A stretch of 64,000 bases of DNA from an uncultured Pelagibacteraceae bacterium (GTDB lineage Bacteria > Pseudomonadota > Alphaproteobacteria > Pelagibacterales > Pelagibacteraceae): assembly GCA_902594245.1 (NCBI GenBank), contig CACJLM010000001.1, forward strand, positions 7,591 through 71,590, given 5' to 3'. The translations under genes and the position numbers were made by a program. The notes below the pieces were generated by a model. It was not told the DNA's origin and searched no databases. It saw only the letters and a program-made list of their open reading frames with translations. Shown here in pieces: positions 61,798 through 64,000 of this stretch. Each line of letters starts with the position of its first letter. The first letter of the stretch is position 1.

Positions 61798-63015
61798 ATG
61801 AAAAAAAAATTAAAAAAATTAAATTTATCTAGAAGAAATTTCTTAACTGGAACTGCAACATTAGCAGGTGTCGCTGCTACAGCTTCTGTTGTTCCAATCA
61901 CAATAGCTAATGCAAATCATTCAGAAGGGAAAAAAGGTTTACCCGATTTTATAAGTTGGAAAGATAGAGACGCTCTTATAGTTCATTCTGATAAAGGTAT
62001 TGAAACTCATAGAAGTGCTATTGGTGAAAGTTTAATCACTCCAAATCGAAATATTTATATCAGAAATAATATGCCTACAATGACTGATAAACAAATCGGA
62101 AATAGAATGGATTGGAAAGTTTCGATAGAAGGTGTCAAAAATCCTCAAACTTTTACTCTAGCACAACTTCAAAAATTAGGTCATCAGACAATGGCTACAA
62201 TTTTACAGTGTTCAGGAAATGGAAGAGGTTTTTTTAAACATAAGCCAAGAGGCTCACAATGGAAAACTGGTGCCGCAGCATGTGTGCTATGGACTGGTGT
62301 TCCAATGAAAACTGTTGTTGAAGCTTGTGGTGGTATAAATGGAGATACAGTTTTTATGACGTCAGCAGGTGTTGACCACCAACCTACAGGTTTAGATCCT
62401 AAAAAAGCAATGATAGAAAGATCTGTTCCAAAAAATGTTTTTAAAGATGCTATGCTTGCTTGGGAAATGAATGGTGTTCCATTACCTAATGCACATGGAG
62501 GTCCATTAAGAATGGTTACTCCTGGTTACTTTGGAATTAACAATGTAAAACATCTAGGTAAAGTTGCTTTCACAACGAAAGAGTCATCTGTTAAGTATAT
62601 GAAATCAAGTTATAGAATTTCTCCAATTGGAAAAAAAGGATCTCAATATCCATCTTGTTGGGAGATGCCGGTTAAATCATGGATAACACGTCCTACAGAT
62701 GAAACTGGAACTGTAAAAGCAGGAAAAGTTCAAATAGTTGGTGTTGCTATGGGTGGTACTAAAAAAGTAAGAAGTGTTAAGGTATCAGTTGATGGTGGCA
62801 GTAGCTGGAAAAGAGCAAAATTTATTGGGCCAAATCTAGGTAAATTTGCTTGGAGACAGTTTGTTTTAGAGACAACTCTATCTGCTGGAACTTATAACAT
62901 CGCTAGTTTAGCTTCAAATGGTTCAGACAAACAGCCAGAATTAAGAATGGAGAACCGAAGAGGATATGCTCATAATGGCTGGAAGGATCATAGCGTAAAT
63001 ATTACAGTAGTATAA
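61798..63015 (+). CDS. Tat-exported sulfite oxidase-family molybdoenzyme (SorT-like)
   Basis: SRRNFL Tat signal, YIRNN, LQCSGNGR (Mo-ligating Cys), HGGPLR..PGYFG, Ig-like C-terminal domain. Confidence 0.88.
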   Translation: MKKKLKKLNLSRRNFLTGTATLAGVAATASVVPITIANANHSEGKKGLPDFISWKDRDALIVHSDKGIETHRSAIGESLITPNRNIYIRNNMPTMTDKQIGNRMDWKVSIEGVKNPQTFTLAQLQKLGHQTMATILQCSGNGRGFFKHKPRGSQWKTGAAACVLWTGVPMKTVVEACGGINGDTVFMTSAGVDHQPTGLDPKKAMIERSVPKNVFKDAMLAWEMNGVPLPNAHGGPLRMVTPGYFGINNVKHLGKVAFTTKESSVKYMKSSYRISPIGKKGSQYPSCWEMPVKSWITRPTDETGTVKAGKVQIVGVAMGGTKKVRSVKVSVDGGSSWKRAKFIGPNLGKFAWRQFVLETTLSAGTYNIASLASNGSDKQPELRMENRRGYAHNGWKDHSVNITVV

Positions 63016-63042
63016 AACTATAAAAAGTTTTAAAGTTAATTA

Positions 63043-63369
63043 ATGAAAATTTTTAAATTTTTATTAATCTCTTTTTTTGTATCCATTACTATTAGTGTAA
63101 ATACTTTTGCTGATGAAGCAAAAATGAAAAAAGGATTAGAAATTTTTAATGAGACTGCTGGATGTGCTGCGTGTCATGTTTTAAAGGCAGCAGGTTCTGT
63201 GGGTAATATAGGACCTAATTTAGATACAGTAAGCATGACAATCGAGTCTGTTACAGACATGGTTACTAATGGATTAGGAGTTATGCCGGCTTTTGGAGAA
63301 GGTGAAATTCTAACTAAAGAAGAAATAGATATAGTATCTTACTACGTTGTAAACGCAGCTGGTAAGTAA
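63043..63369 (+). CDS. Periplasmic class I cytochrome c (SorU-like)
   Basis: Signal peptide, CAACH, GPNLD, MPAF. Confidence 0.9.
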   Translation: MKIFKFLLISFFVSITISVNTFADEAKMKKGLEIFNETAGCAACHVLKAAGSVGNIGPNLDTVSMTIESVTDMVTNGLGVMPAFGEGEILTKEEIDIVSYYVVNAAGK

Positions 63370-63377
63370 TGATTGAA

Positions 63378-63408
63378 TTTAACTTCCAGCAGTAAACTGG
63401 AAGTTAAA
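63378..63408. terminator. Probable bidirectional intrinsic terminator
   Basis: Perfect 12-bp stem TTTAACTTCCAG/CTGGAAGTTAAA with a 7-nt loop between convergent genes. Confidence 0.75.
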
Positions 63409-63416
63409 AATTCTTT

Positions 63417-63734
63417 TTATTGTCCTGGAGCTTTATAACCAATTTTACTTGCTTTTGCAGTCGCCTTAGTAAAGTCAATAGCTTCTAACATTGTTAAATT
63501 TTCAACTGCACCAGATGCTTCTACTACCAATTTAATTGCAGCAAAATCATCAAAGCTTGGCACGTCAGTAACTACTATAAAATCATATGAACCTCTAACA
63601 ATATCCATGCTGTGCATTTTACCACCCATAGCTTCAGTAAGTTGTTTAACTACAGCTTTTCTATCACTTGCTGGATCTTGTAAAAATCCTTGGAAAGCTT
63701 TTGCAGTATAGTTTCCCATTATGTATGCTTTCAT
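63417..63734 (-). CDS. GYD-domain protein
   Basis: About 100 aa; YT..A, DR..V..L....GG, GSYD motif; G-rich SD upstream. Confidence 0.78.
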   Translation of the reverse strand: MKAYIMGNYTAKAFQGFLQDPASDRKAVVKQLTEAMGGKMHSMDIVRGSYDFIVVTDVPSFDDFAAIKLVVEASGAVENLTMLEAIDFTKATAKASKIGYKAPGQ

Positions 63735-63838
63735 ATTTCCCCCTTTTTTTTATATATCTATTCTACTAGTGTTATAAAAATGTTGATATGCTTTATTTGC
63801 ATGCTAGACACAACCACAAGTAATGCTAAGTTAATGAT

Positions 63839-64000
63839 ATGTACGAAAAATTTGGACAATTTATAAATGGTAAATGGCAGCAATCATCTGACAAGGGAAC
63901 TTACGAAGTTATAAATCCGGCAAATGAGGAAGTTTTAGGTCAAGCATCAAAAGCAACTCCAAAAGATGTAGAGGCAGCATTGCAGTCAGCAGCCAAAGGA
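63839..64000 (+). CDS. 5' part of an NAD(P)-dependent aldehyde dehydrogenase (runs off the window)
   Basis: Manual translation MYEKFGQFINGKWQ...VINPANEEVLG...ATPKDVEAALQSA is a typical ALDH N-terminus. Confidence 0.82.
   Translation, partial: MYEKFGQFINGKWQQSSDKGTYEVINPANEEVLGQASKATPKDVEAALQSAAKG

Noticed and set aside
49027-64000. Recently acquired mobile genomic island
   Set aside because: No integrase, transposase, tRNA or flanking repeats seen; composition looks like the backbone.

Overview
Very AT-rich, densely packed alphaproteobacterial chromosome segment, most likely Pelagibacterales (SAR11). That assignment is inferred from protein similarity, gene order and extreme compaction, not from a search. 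Positions 1-49 kb are a streamlined core backbone: purF-cvpA-MMPL-dnaB, rplI/rpsR/rpsF, fabDG-acpP-gmk, rsmA-pdxA-surA-lptDGF, pepA-ndk, purNM, hdaA-aspS, accBC-aroQ, thiSG, rne, PBP1A-prfB (+1 frameshift), tyrS-anmK, iscR-suf operon and glnA. Positions 49-64 kb form a compact molybdoenzyme cluster: Moco synthesis genes (moaA, B, C, D, E), a form II CoxG-S-L-M molybdenum hydroxylase with split XdhC and MocA but no CoxD/E, MsrPQ, and a Tat-exported SorT-like sulfite oxidase with a cytochrome c. Poorly explained partners sit in the same cluster: a TauE permease coupled to a homocysteine methyltransferase, DUF1244, a thioesterase, a GYD protein and an ALDH. Other notable items are a stand-alone NrdJ C-terminal domain lacking the catalytic core, an RNase E without the Zn-link cysteines, a near-perfect IscR type-1 box, and head-to-head genes only 11-23 bp apart. 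No rRNA, tRNA, CRISPR array or mobile element was recognised.
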